Assembly (NCBI GenBank): GCA_035444565.1
Contig: DAOMOX010000001.1
Span: 59,987-123,986, forward strand
DNA length: 64,000 nucleotides
Origin: Candidatus Dojkabacteria bacterium
GTDB taxonomy: Bacteria; Patescibacteriota; Dojkabacteria; B142; OLB20
Direction of reading: 5' to 3'
Positions 51,494-60,525 of this stretch are shown here, piece after piece (the stretch's first letter is position 1; every line of letters begins with the position of its first letter). The notes under the pieces are model-generated. The model did no database searches. It was not told where the DNA came from and saw nothing but the letters and a program-made list of their open reading frames with translations. Position numbers and translations under genes: made by a program.

Positions 51494-51742
51494 ATGAAGA
51501 GTACTTCAAAAATGAACTTAATACAGAAAGCTCAAAAGGTTAAAACAAGCACTTATTCATATAACAAGAAGTATACCTTTGAGGAGGTACAACTTGCCAA
51601 TGCTTGGGTTCATAGAGCAGTTACTTCTCACCAATTAGCTACAGTACTGAACATGAGTGGCGGAAATATTTATGTATTTATTTGTGGAGCTTTAAAGTAT
51701 GGTGCAAGCAAGGGTTGGTTAGAAACAAATATAATTTATTAA
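51494..51742 (+). CDS. hypothetical protein
   Basis: 82 aa. Confidence 0.35.
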   Translation: MKSTSKMNLIQKAQKVKTSTYSYNKKYTFEEVQLANAWVHRAVTSHQLATVLNMSGGNIYVFICGALKYGASKGWLETNIIY

Positions 51743-51750
51743 ATAATGAC

Positions 51751-52089
51751 ATGAACTATTATCCCAAAACTATAAAAAAAGACCCACTCCATAATTGGAA
51801 AGAGGTTGAGAAATATCGAGACAATAATAAAGGGAGATTACCAACAGAGCCAACTATTAAAGAAAGGGATATTAGGCTTTTAATAGATGAACTGGGCTTT
51901 GAATGGCACTCAGTTAGAACTTGGATTTTTGAAAGGGCTTATGGAGTTGAAAAGATTAGATTCACAATAAGCCAGAGTAGAACGCAAAAGGACCATTGGA
52001 TGTTCACAATTAAAAGCAAGGGTTATATACAGCAAACAAGAACTAATAAGTTAGAAGAGATTTGGAACGAGATACACGCTCATTTTTAA
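51751..52089 (+). CDS. hypothetical protein
   Basis: The track ORF starts at 51682 and overlaps the upstream gene. The internal ATG at 51751 is preferred. Confidence 0.35.
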   Translation: MNYYPKTIKKDPLHNWKEVEKYRDNNKGRLPTEPTIKERDIRLLIDELGFEWHSVRTWIFERAYGVEKIRFTISQSRTQKDHWMFTIKSKGYIQQTRTNKLEEIWNEIHAHF

Positions 52090-52218
52090 ATTATTATTTC
52101 TTATTATGAAAATAAATACAGAAATAGCAAAAGGAACTAAAAAAGTACCAACACTTGATATTACCAAGAAGGTAAATCAAGATCCTATCCAAAAGAGAGA
52201 AGATAACTAACTTATTAA

Positions 52219-52653
52219 ATGATTGATATGTTAAAAAGAAAATTTAGAATAGATGATTATGGTGATTTACTTGCAGAGGGAGTGGGGAAAAAGCTCATTT
52301 CTATTACTTATTTCGGTAGCTATCAGGGCGATTGGATTGCCGCACTTGATAATGGAAAGAACATAGAGGTTTGGAAGGGTTTTTATGGTAGTTGTTCGGT
52401 GTGTGATTCGTTACAGTCGATGTATCGTATGGATAAAAATGCAGACGACTATTTAACTAGGGGAGATATTGACGCATTGACAGATATGCTCAAAGAAGAG
52501 GGTAACCCATTCATTAAAATACCTAAGAATATATTTAATGACATTTCTGTAAAAGATTTTGAGGCACTACTTCCTCTGAATACCAGGGCTGACATATACA
52601 ACTTCGATGCAGGGGAATTATTAACAGATATTAGACAAGCTCTTCAAAACTAA
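52219..52653 (+). CDS. hypothetical protein (144 aa)
   Basis: ORF containing a CxxC pair 'CSVCDS'. Confidence 0.4.
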   Translation: MIDMLKRKFRIDDYGDLLAEGVGKKLISITYFGSYQGDWIAALDNGKNIEVWKGFYGSCSVCDSLQSMYRMDKNADDYLTRGDIDALTDMLKEEGNPFIKIPKNIFNDISVKDFEALLPLNTRADIYNFDAGELLTDIRQALQN

Positions 52654-52807
52654 ATAGGAACCAAACACAGGTGGTTTGCTTGACCGAAAAGAGGGCGTAG
52701 AGGGAATGTGCAAACGTAGCACTAGGTCGGTAAGTTACGCATTAGCCATGAAAGAAGTCGACTCAGACATGGCAGACCGCAGACCACCTCTGTTTAGTTT
52801 TTATTAA

Positions 52808-53047
52808 ATGCTTGATATGAGCTATATAGATTTTATTTATCAAGAGCCACCAGATGAAGGGGACTTCTATGCAGACTTAGCAGAGCTAGATAGGCAATGG
52901 ATTTGGAAAACAAAGAGTGGTGAGGAAATAGAATATGACAAACTAGAAACAAGTCATATTCAAAACATCATTAAAAAACTTAAAGTGGAAAGGTACAACA
53001 TGCCAAATTTATTCAGAGAATTAAGAAGAAGAGGGTTTACTAACTAA
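52808..53047 (+). CDS. hypothetical protein
   Basis: 79 aa. Confidence 0.35.
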   Translation: MLDMSYIDFIYQEPPDEGDFYADLAELDRQWIWKTKSGEEIEYDKLETSHIQNIIKKLKVERYNMPNLFRELRRRGFTN

Positions 53048-53065
53048 CTTATTAAATGAAACCAA

Positions 53066-53359
53066 ATGACAGACAAAGAAAAAGCCGAAAAGAAGAATGA
53101 GTATTACGAGAAATTCGTGGGCTATGATGCATATGACGAGTTAACAGATGCAGAACAGGAGAAGCTATTGATATGGGAATGGATAGAGGAACTGATTAAA
53201 GAAGTTGAGAACAAAATAGAATCAGATATCCAAGACATTAGGATAGATTATTATCAAAAGTATTTAGGACACAATGTTTTGAAAGAGTTATCTGTACACG
53301 AGATGGAAAAAGTAATGATATGGAACTGGTTTGAAGAAAAGTTACGGAACTTTTCGTAA
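53066..53359 (+). CDS. small acidic protein with two WxWIEELI-like repeats (paralog of 51184-51414)
   Basis: 'LLIWEWIEELIKEVENK' and 'VMIWNWFEEKLRNF'. Confidence 0.45.
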   Translation: MTDKEKAEKKNEYYEKFVGYDAYDELTDAEQEKLLIWEWIEELIKEVENKIESDIQDIRIDYYQKYLGHNVLKELSVHEMEKVMIWNWFEEKLRNFS

Positions 53360-53437
53360 CCATCTTTATGTTAAAGAGAAAAATGTGAAGTCCTGATTTA
53401 AGCTCATTATTCCAGTTCTAAACACGTCCCATAAGGC

Positions 53438-53515
53438 ACCCCAGTGTTTCTGAGCTTGCGAAGAAATACACTGGGTAAGGTCTGCCGTAGCTTTAGCGTA
53501 GGCATGACCACCCCA
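53438..53515 (+). repeat. 78-bp direct repeat, copy 1 (75/78 identical to 58818-58895); contains a hairpin CCAGTGT-N22-ACACTGG
   Basis: 'accccagtgtttctgagcttgcgaagaaatacactgggtaaggtctgccgtagctttagcgtaggcatgaccacccca'. Confidence 0.85.
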
Positions 53516-53561
53516 TTTCATCAATTAACTTAAATCCAATCAAACTCTCAAAAAAACATAT

Positions 53562-54554
53562 CTAGTTTAAGATAGTTGTTAAATCAGACTCGTCTAGCAT
53601 GATTGCAAGATCTTTTAGTAATTCATGTCCCTCCGGCATATGAACTCCAGGTAAATTAGCAAGGACATGATCAGTAACACCATCACTATATACGTCAGGA
53701 TTTGCATATCTATATTGCATTATTGGATCGAGTGCTAATTGAGATAAAATATTTCCCGGAATCATAGCCATACTCATTTCGGCAAATATTACCCCTCCTC
53801 TCAACGTTTTACCATCATACTTCCCGGCAGTTCCTTTATGTTCTCGTTTGACTCCTTCCGCCAAATCAATACCTGAATCACCATACCGTCTTAAGGGATC
53901 GTTGAATAAAAGTAATTCTGTTTCTCTTCCAACGTAACCAAAAATACGCCTCCTAACATGACCTTCTTTAACAGGATGGCCAAATGCATGCTCATACAAA
54001 CCCCAGTATTGATCAAAGCTCAATTGAAGTTGTTTTCTAAACAGAATATTTAATGTGTTTTGTTCTAAATATTGAGTAATAAGTGAGGAAATATGTTTAA
54101 TTTCTGGCCTTATTAAGATTGCTGAGACACCATTTGCTACCAGTGCATTTACCTGAGGTATTTTTTCTGCAAACAACCGCTCCAAGTTGATACCGCCAAG
54201 ATACCGAAATGTGCCATAGTCTTGACTATTTAATATTGGAAGGACTTCCGGGAAATCGCAATGTGCAGATACAATCATTGCTTTTTCTATGTATCCTTGT
54301 GCTGCATTTGAGTCTTTTGGAGTTAACCCAGTCTCTTGAGTCAAATACAAAAGTTGTTGGGGTAGAATGTGTGCTAATTCTTTCATAGCCTGCCCAGCAA
54401 GAAAAGTGAGATGTTCATTTCTTTGTTGATAGAAAGGAGGCATTTCTTCGGGTTCAGAAGAAAAAGATCTTTCAAAAAAATCTAGATATTGAGTGATCGA
54501 AATTTGGTTAACATTTGGGGCAGTTCTATTTTCACCAGAGAACTTGAGATTCAT
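53562..54554 (-). CDS. hypothetical protein (330 aa), last gene of a 4-gene operon
   Basis: Long ORF separated by 6 nt from the CYTH gene. No motif recognised; 'RRYGDSGIDLAEG' is faintly nucleotidyltransferase-like. Confidence 0.5.
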   Translation of the reverse strand: MNLKFSGENRTAPNVNQISITQYLDFFERSFSSEPEEMPPFYQQRNEHLTFLAGQAMKELAHILPQQLLYLTQETGLTPKDSNAAQGYIEKAMIVSAHCDFPEVLPILNSQDYGTFRYLGGINLERLFAEKIPQVNALVANGVSAILIRPEIKHISSLITQYLEQNTLNILFRKQLQLSFDQYWGLYEHAFGHPVKEGHVRRRIFGYVGRETELLLFNDPLRRYGDSGIDLAEGVKREHKGTAGKYDGKTLRGGVIFAEMSMAMIPGNILSQLALDPIMQYRYANPDVYSDGVTDHVLANLPGVHMPEGHELLKDLAIMLDESDLTTILN

Positions 54555-54560
54555 GTTTCA

Positions 54561-55208
54561 TTATTTAAACAAAAGCTCGGAATAAAAATTAATATTATAT
54601 AGATCAAAAAAACTCTGTCCCGAAAGAATTGATACTTGATTTCCCCCTAGACCAAGTTTTTTAATCCAATTATGAATGATTTCAGAATTACTTGCTTCAA
54701 TCTCCAAATAAGTAGGGATTCCTGGCCACGTATCAATATCAAAATGAGCAGAAAGTGATTCGTGAACAATTTGGTATGAAATTCTTTTTTTCTGTTGATG
54801 TGCAGTAACAATTAAACCAGCATCGGTAATAGTTTGGCCAATTTTTCCCCATTCATTCTTTGTTAAATTTGTATTTAGCTCGACTTCTTTTTTTACGTCT
54901 ATATTGTGAGACTTTGAAAATTTAAGTGTAAACTCATAATGCTCACCTTGTTTTCGTGCTCGTAAATGATAATTTTGATCACGCAATGATTTACCATGCC
55001 AAGTTAATTCTTCAGCAATTTTAATAGTATCTACTAGTTTTGCCGGTAGCTTTGTATATTCAATTTCAAGACTCTTACTTATATCGAAAGTCCAAATTTC
55101 AGTAAGAGCATCTAAAATTTTTTCAGCATGATTCTTTTCAAGTTCATTTATTAAATGTTCCTTGTTTACTGCTAATACTTTTAATTCTAATTCTTCTACT
55201 TTTTTCAT
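54561..55208 (-). CDS. CYTH-domain protein (class IV adenylyl cyclase / triphosphate tunnel metalloenzyme family)
   Basis: N-terminal 'ELELKVLAV' (EIE[RK]KFL-like) and C-terminal 'YLEIEA'. Length 215 aa fits a CYTH domain. Confidence 0.55.
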   Translation of the reverse strand: MKKVEELELKVLAVNKEHLINELEKNHAEKILDALTEIWTFDISKSLEIEYTKLPAKLVDTIKIAEELTWHGKSLRDQNYHLRARKQGEHYEFTLKFSKSHNIDVKKEVELNTNLTKNEWGKIGQTITDAGLIVTAHQQKKRISYQIVHESLSAHFDIDTWPGIPTYLEIEASNSEIIHNWIKKLGLGGNQVSILSGQSFFDLYNINFYSELLFK

Positions 55209-55209
55209 T

Positions 55210-56109
55210 TTAAGTTAATAATATATCAATGGATTCATCTTCATTAAGCAAATACTCCGTTGCTCTTTCGGACAGCCTAGCTATTTTATCGGGGCTACTG
55301 TTTATCTTGTATGGGACATTTGTTCTATAAGTCCGATACAAGATCGTGGCTGCAATATATTGGTTTATTAAATTCTTATTAAATGTTAACCCAAAGCTAG
55401 TTTCAAAACCAGAAAAGAATGCATCGAAAATCTCTCTACGAGCATCAGAGTTTAGAAGTAAATGACCTAATGCATAACCAATATCGAATTCTTTTATACC
55501 TACGCAAACTGTTTCTAAATCACAAATCTTAATTTCTCCTTCCGTATCTATCAATATATTTTTTGGGGATAGGCTCCCCATTATTAACCCTTTATTACCT
55601 TTATTTAAAAGTTGTAGATGATTAAATCCGGGGATTCTTGAAAATCTAAAATTTAATATTTGTTCAAAAAATGATTTATCGTCTTCCCTAAACTCATCAA
55701 CAACTGGCAATTTAGATTGCACACAAGCAATTAGCTCACCAAACTTAAACGCGAAGCCAGGTGTGATTCCAGACGAGAAAATCATATTTTGTAGTGTATC
55801 TCCACCTGATGGTAATAAATCCGATAGAACAATTATCCCATTTTCAATATCTTCACCTAATAAGAGAGGGAAATTTTTAGGGGCAATTCCTGAAAATATT
55901 TTTATCCCTTCTGCTTCATATTCAATCTCATGAGGTTGTGTAGTTACATTTTCCAATTGTGAGGCACTTTTACCTCTGATTTTTACTATATACGTTCCAT
56001 CTTCACCAAAGATTCTATAGACCTGATGTACTAAGCCACCCGACAATTCAGCAACATTCACTGGTTTATAATTTAGATATTTTTCAAGTACAAGATTTGA
56101 TTCCGTCAA
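55210..56109 (-). CDS. APH/ChoK-family small-molecule kinase (phosphotransferase enzyme family)
   Basis: Nucleotide-binding 'LSGGLVHQVYRI'. Catalytic region 'PKNILIDTEGEIKICDLE'. 299 aa. Confidence 0.6.
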   Translation of the reverse strand: MTESNLVLEKYLNYKPVNVAELSGGLVHQVYRIFGEDGTYIVKIRGKSASQLENVTTQPHEIEYEAEGIKIFSGIAPKNFPLLLGEDIENGIIVLSDLLPSGGDTLQNMIFSSGITPGFAFKFGELIACVQSKLPVVDEFREDDKSFFEQILNFRFSRIPGFNHLQLLNKGNKGLIMGSLSPKNILIDTEGEIKICDLETVCVGIKEFDIGYALGHLLLNSDARREIFDAFFSGFETSFGLTFNKNLINQYIAATILYRTYRTNVPYKINSSPDKIARLSERATEYLLNEDESIDILLT

Positions 56110-57044
56110 AATACTCTAGGTAAAAAGAATTCGGGAGGTTCAAAAAGCTGAGTTTCAGAAAAATCATCTCTTTGTATACTGCTAACAATTTGTTCATACG
56201 ACCAATCTGGACAAACATTATGTGGTATTTGTACAGTATCTCTACCTAAGTGAGCTAATTGCCTCACCCCAACAATATAATATGGTGGTCTATAAGTATC
56301 TTCACTTAAACCACCATCTATCCCCATATTAATCATAAGATCATCAGTCTCAATTCTTGATCTCTGAATCACACCTTCAATTTCTTCTAATAAAAATTCT
56401 CTAGTATTTCTTAAGGGTAATTTATCTGTGAGATATAAAATATGTTTAAGTTTTGCTTTCAGTACATATTGGTAGTCATCCCTTATTACTCGCCATGCTT
56501 CAAGTTTGCTCGAAAGATGGTCATCAATCATTGATCTTGTGACAGTACCTGTATTTAGTTTGCCTTCGAGGATATTTACATACCAATTTGATTCACTCAA
56601 TCGCGGTACAATCATTCCAATTACTGCTCTTAATCCGTTAATGTTTTCTACATCAAATTGCAATTTTAATAGTTCTGAAAATTGTGGAAATAGATAATCA
56701 AAGCCGGCAAACAATGATTGCCTATCCCAATAAGGAATATTTTCGGTATTTGACCCACCCCATTCTGCGATTCCTGTGACAACATGAACTTTTGTATGCC
56801 TATCCATCCTTCTCAAATGGTTTGGCTTGGACAAATCAATTCCAGCTTGAAGTTGAGTATTAGGCTTAACTTTTTCCTTCTCTCTAGCATACATGTCGTT
56901 TACGGCTTCAAAAAACATTACTGGATGTGATACCACTTCTTGAAGGGGATAATTTAATACTGCAGTATGGGACGCTGAACTGTTTGGAAATAGTTCTTGG
57001 TCAAAGATGTGATTTTTAACGTCTGTGGAGAATTCACTACCCAT
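56106..57044 (-). CDS. hypothetical protein (312 aa), first gene of the 4-gene operon
   Basis: ORF overlapping the kinase start by 4 nt. Confidence 0.5.
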   Translation of the reverse strand: MGSEFSTDVKNHIFDQELFPNSSASHTAVLNYPLQEVVSHPVMFFEAVNDMYAREKEKVKPNTQLQAGIDLSKPNHLRRMDRHTKVHVVTGIAEWGGSNTENIPYWDRQSLFAGFDYLFPQFSELLKLQFDVENINGLRAVIGMIVPRLSESNWYVNILEGKLNTGTVTRSMIDDHLSSKLEAWRVIRDDYQYVLKAKLKHILYLTDKLPLRNTREFLLEEIEGVIQRSRIETDDLMINMGIDGGLSEDTYRPPYYIVGVRQLAHLGRDTVQIPHNVCPDWSYEQIVSSIQRDDFSETQLFEPPEFFLPRVF

Positions 57045-57183
57045 ACCTTAATATATTATATTAATAAGTAATGTGGGCAGTTAAAATAAATGTGTTATCC
57101 ATTATACCATTTAAGTAAAGTGTGATTAATAGGAGGTCGTCTTGTAGTACATCCTATACGAGTCCTACAAGTGACCCCCCATC

Positions 57184-57918
57184 TTAGGAATTATTTATTG
57201 AGAATTTATCCAATTCTTTTTTCACTTGTACTAATAATTGTTTATCAACTTTAAAATCCTTTGAGTAAATTTCGTTATGTAATGAGCTCAAATCAAGTAT
57301 GATATCTTTAGTATGTATATCATCAGGATTGAAATCATTGACCATAACAACTAATGGTTTAACGAAAAGTTTGTCATGCGTATCTTCGGGTAATTTATCC
57401 AGCAAAAACTTTCTTAATCTCATTGCATTGGATAATGCCTGTGTATTTGGAGATCTTAGTAATTGTTTACGCTTACCACTTATACCAAATTTCCGTTTCT
57501 CAGTTCGATACCATTTATCGCCATATACTTCAATCCTACCTGTATAATTCTTAGTTTCTATTACAAAAATCCCTTTCCTAGATAAGACAATATGGTCAAT
57601 ATCCATCTTACTATTAGGTAGCATTATATTTTGGTAACTATAACTATGCTCTACTTCTAACAGTTTATTAGCAACAACTATTTCTCCTTGGTCACCTCTT
57701 TCGTAACTATCATAGCTATCCCAGCTCGAAAAAAACATATCAATTATCTTATCCATTAATATGAATAGTCCACAAAAGCCTAACAAATAGAATAACAAAG
57801 TATTTTGCACAATGAATTTTTTATCAAGTAGAATGAGGAATATCAACACTGTAATAAATCCGCTAAGTAGCATTATTATAAGTTTTCTGGATTTTTGTTT
57901 TTTAGAATATTTACTCAT
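57184..57918 (-). CDS. Membrane-anchored NERD (nuclease-related domain) protein
   Basis: Two N-terminal TM helices, then 'QGEIVVANKL...MDIDHIVLSRKGIFVIETKNYTGRI', the NERD signature. Confidence 0.7.
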   Translation of the reverse strand: MSKYSKKQKSRKLIIMLLSGFITVLIFLILLDKKFIVQNTLLFYLLGFCGLFILMDKIIDMFFSSWDSYDSYERGDQGEIVVANKLLEVEHSYSYQNIMLPNSKMDIDHIVLSRKGIFVIETKNYTGRIEVYGDKWYRTEKRKFGISGKRKQLLRSPNTQALSNAMRLRKFLLDKLPEDTHDKLFVKPLVVMVNDFNPDDIHTKDIILDLSSLHNEIYSKDFKVDKQLLVQVKKELDKFSINNS

Positions 57919-58056
57919 ATATGAATCAGTATAAACACTTTGTTCATGAACATGAAGACCTTGCTAGATACCATCATAAAATGAACAGTCAGTTAATGTA
58001 AAATTGACTAATTAAAGCAATAATATTAAAATCCTAATATATGAATCCTTCTCCAA

Positions 58057-58365
58057 ATGACTGATAAAGTAGTTAAACTCTCAATAGATAATAGACTAAT
58101 AATATTGGTTGTTTTATTAGTTGCAGGAATCTTTTCTCTATTTGTAATGTACGAAAAGATTAATGACCAACAAAAGCAGTCCAATTTCGAAGAATGCCAA
58201 GCCTCAGCATACAAGAGGTTCGGGGAACGACTTCAGTCACTTTGTGGAAAAAAAGATCTCTCAGAATGTCAAGCCTCAGAAATATCTACAGACTTAGCAG
58301 ATCACTACACTAAAATGTATGATGATGAGAATGATGATTGTTTGAAAATTATGCTTTATGATTAA
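58057..58365 (+). CDS. small secreted or membrane-anchored Cys-containing protein (paralog of 58372-58674)
   Basis: N-terminal TM or signal, then 'FEECQASAY...LCGKKDLSECQASE'. Confidence 0.45.
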   Translation: MTDKVVKLSIDNRLIILVVLLVAGIFSLFVMYEKINDQQKQSNFEECQASAYKRFGERLQSLCGKKDLSECQASEISTDLADHYTKMYDDENDDCLKIMLYD

Positions 58366-58371
58366 TTTGCT

Positions 58372-58674
58372 ATGAAAAGGTCCTATGCTTTAATCGCACT
58401 CATATTTACAAGTTTAATTATAATCATGCTTGGTATCCTAGTTGGATACCCAATTTATAAGGACCAATCAAGAAAAGAGCTTGTTAGTAATTGTAACGAG
58501 TTTCGAGATTTCTCACTTAGAGAGAAGCTTAGCGAAGTGTGCAAAGACGAGGGTTTTAGAAACACTGACGAATGTAAACTTCCAGATGATACGTTTAAAG
58601 CTATAAATAATTACGCGGACATACAAGAGGAAGCATGCATCAAACAAGACTGGCCTTCCAAATATGATGAATAG
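58372..58674 (+). CDS. small secreted or membrane-anchored Cys-containing protein (paralog of 58057-58365)
   Basis: N-terminal TM, then 'SNCNEFRDFSLREKLSEVCKDEGFRNTDECKLPDD'. Confidence 0.45.
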   Translation: MKRSYALIALIFTSLIIIMLGILVGYPIYKDQSRKELVSNCNEFRDFSLREKLSEVCKDEGFRNTDECKLPDDTFKAINNYADIQEEACIKQDWPSKYDE

Positions 58675-58794
58675 TATTAGTTTATAGTATATAGTTTCCA
58701 ATACCCATGTAATGATATTGAGAACTACTAAATTGTCGACTCTGAAAGCAGTGAATTTATATTATTAATGTTGAAGTTAAAATCAATTTTAAGG

Positions 58795-58895
58795 TTTAGC
58801 AACGAGTCCAACAAGTGACCCCAGTGTTTCTGAGCTTGCGAAGAAATACACTGGGTAAGGTCTGCCGTAGCTTCAGCGAAGGCATGGCCACCCCA
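58795..58895 (+). repeat. Boundary element: 'ggtttagcaacgagtccaacaag' (22/23 identical to 29701-29723) fused to copy 2 of the 78-bp repeat (58818-58895); 'cgagtccaacaagtgacccca' resembles the tRNA-His 3' end
   Basis: Direct comparison with 29701-29723, 53438-53515, 57155-57176 and the tRNA 3' sequence 'cgagtcccatttgccacccca' (16/21). Confidence 0.75.
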
Positions 58896-58984
58896 AGTGT
58901 GACTCTTAGCGGAAACAAACACACTATCAAAAGGTTTAACCCATTCGTAGCTTAGCTTTCCATCCTTTATTTCAAATTCGACTA

Positions 58985-59557
58985 TTATTTTCGACGAGAA
59001 TGTTCATCATACTTTTTATTCATTTTCTCTGCTGCCTTTTTCCCCAATAGTCCTTCAGATTGAACTCTGCTTGCATATTTGTCCGCCGAGCAACCTTTGA
59101 CTCCTCTTCCTGTAGATGCGTCATTAGCAGCTTTGGCTTCTTTATTGGTCCATATTATCCGTTGTCTTTGTTGACCAGACCATTCTTCAGGATTAGTTCC
59201 GATATATCCTTCACTAACCCTATTATCCCAAGAATAAGCTAAAAGAGGCAAAACAGCAGTTACGCCCAGACCCCATAACATACTACCTGCTAAGGTAGCT
59301 AAAGTTCGGCGAAGGACCTGTGGATTGTCTGGAAACATTTCATTAAAGCTTTCTCCTAATCCGTGAAATGCATGCTTTGATCCACCCTCCTCCCAATCCG
59401 CTACAAAAGCTTCTGAACCGGGGAGAGTTCCAGGCAAAGGGGATGGTTGTGCTTTATATCTTTGGACAAGGGATCCTACTAATCGCGATCCGAATGGCCT
59501 ATTTTTAGAAATATTGTCAGGTTGAACAGCTTCCATTTCATCTATTCGTATATACAT
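58985..59557 (-). CDS. hypothetical membrane protein (190 aa); locally GC-rich relative to neighbours
   Basis: Long ORF with TM 'LATLAGSMLWGLGVTAVLPLLAYSW'. By eye it is clearly more GC-rich than the flanking sequence. Confidence 0.4.
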   Translation of the reverse strand: MYIRIDEMEAVQPDNISKNRPFGSRLVGSLVQRYKAQPSPLPGTLPGSEAFVADWEEGGSKHAFHGLGESFNEMFPDNPQVLRRTLATLAGSMLWGLGVTAVLPLLAYSWDNRVSEGYIGTNPEEWSGQQRQRIIWTNKEAKAANDASTGRGVKGCSADKYASRVQSEGLLGKKAAEKMNKKYDEHSRRK

Positions 59558-59636
59558 ATTATATCACGCGATTCAGCTTAAGTACCTATTAAAAAGTTCA
59601 TAACTTCGAGATGCTAGTTCTAGTGTATTACACAAT

Positions 59637-60260
59637 CTAGTGTTTTATTGCTTGTATCAAACAAAGAGGATTTTCAGATTTTGGGTCTGAAGTGATATTC
59701 ATACTTAAAAGGTTTATCTCCATGCGTTGAGCTTCCTGACTAACCCTATTTTGAAATTCTGAAGCCCAATTTACTGGAAAAACAAAGTAGGCTCTTCCAT
59801 CTACGGCTAATACTCTTTTCAGTTCTAACAAAGACCCTATAGTTAAATCCATTAAATCGCCTTCTGAAGGACAATTAATTCCATAGGGAGGATTAACAAT
59901 CGCCAACTTAAAGGAAGATGCTGCAAGGGGTAGTTTTGTAGCATCCCATGCAAAAAACCTCTGATCTGCTCCTGCATAACCATGTTTTGCTCTTAATCTT
60001 TCTAACCCTTCAATTGGATTAGGGTAATCTGTAGCATGCCTTATATCTCCAGAAAAAGTTAAGATCCCTAATGAATCAAAAAAAATAGGCATGGACCCTG
60101 GACCTCCGAAAGGGATTAATACTTTGTCCCCTTCATGATAACCTCCTTGATCCAATACTTTTTGCCAAATAATAAATAATTTTTCAGTCCCCAAACAGAA
60201 ATTACGAAACTCTTCAGGCACACCTAATTTATTAAAGTTTACGCCACATGATTCACACAT
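59637..60260 (-). CDS. SAM-dependent methyltransferase with an NPPY motif and an N-terminal CxxC
   Basis: Motif I 'VLIPFGGPGS', motif IV 'AIVNPPYG', N-terminal 'CESCG'. 207 aa. Confidence 0.55.
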   Translation of the reverse strand: MCESCGVNFNKLGVPEEFRNFCLGTEKLFIIWQKVLDQGGYHEGDKVLIPFGGPGSMPIFFDSLGILTFSGDIRHATDYPNPIEGLERLRAKHGYAGADQRFFAWDATKLPLAASSFKLAIVNPPYGINCPSEGDLMDLTIGSLLELKRVLAVDGRAYFVFPVNWASEFQNRVSQEAQRMEINLLSMNITSDPKSENPLCLIQAIKH

Positions 60261-60525
60261 TATTAGATTTATAAAAAAATGCCAAACAGCAGTATATCAC
60301 AATTATATACCCTATTGTTATTTAATGACTACGAGGTAGAAAGTTCGTAATGTTATGCCAAATCAAGCATATGTTATGGGTAGTAGTTTGGAAAGACTTT
60401 CGTTGATTTAGAAATTATAGAAATAGATCCATATCCACCCAATACCAAAATTGTATATTTGTTTTTACATATAATCAATATATATGTTACTATGTAATCC
60501 AGATAGATATACTTGATATATAACA

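Larger units (their letters stand above)
13266..58895. mobile_element. Integrated podovirus-like prophage (~45 kb) next to tRNA-His; the right boundary is approximate (tRNA-3'-like element at 58808-58828)
   Basis: Integrase, lysis genes, RusA, TerL, TerS, portal, scaffold, capsid, replisome organizer, RecT, YopX and a regulator all lie between the tRNA and the repeat element. Chromosome-like genes resume after ~59 kb. Confidence 0.6.

Noticed and set aside
53438-53515. 78-bp repeat as a tRNA, tmRNA or other known small RNA gene
   Set aside because: A cloverleaf cannot be folded. It has no T-loop consensus and no CCA-adjacent acceptor pairing. I recognise no SRP, 6S or RNase P signature in it. 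It is treated as a direct repeat with an internal hairpin.
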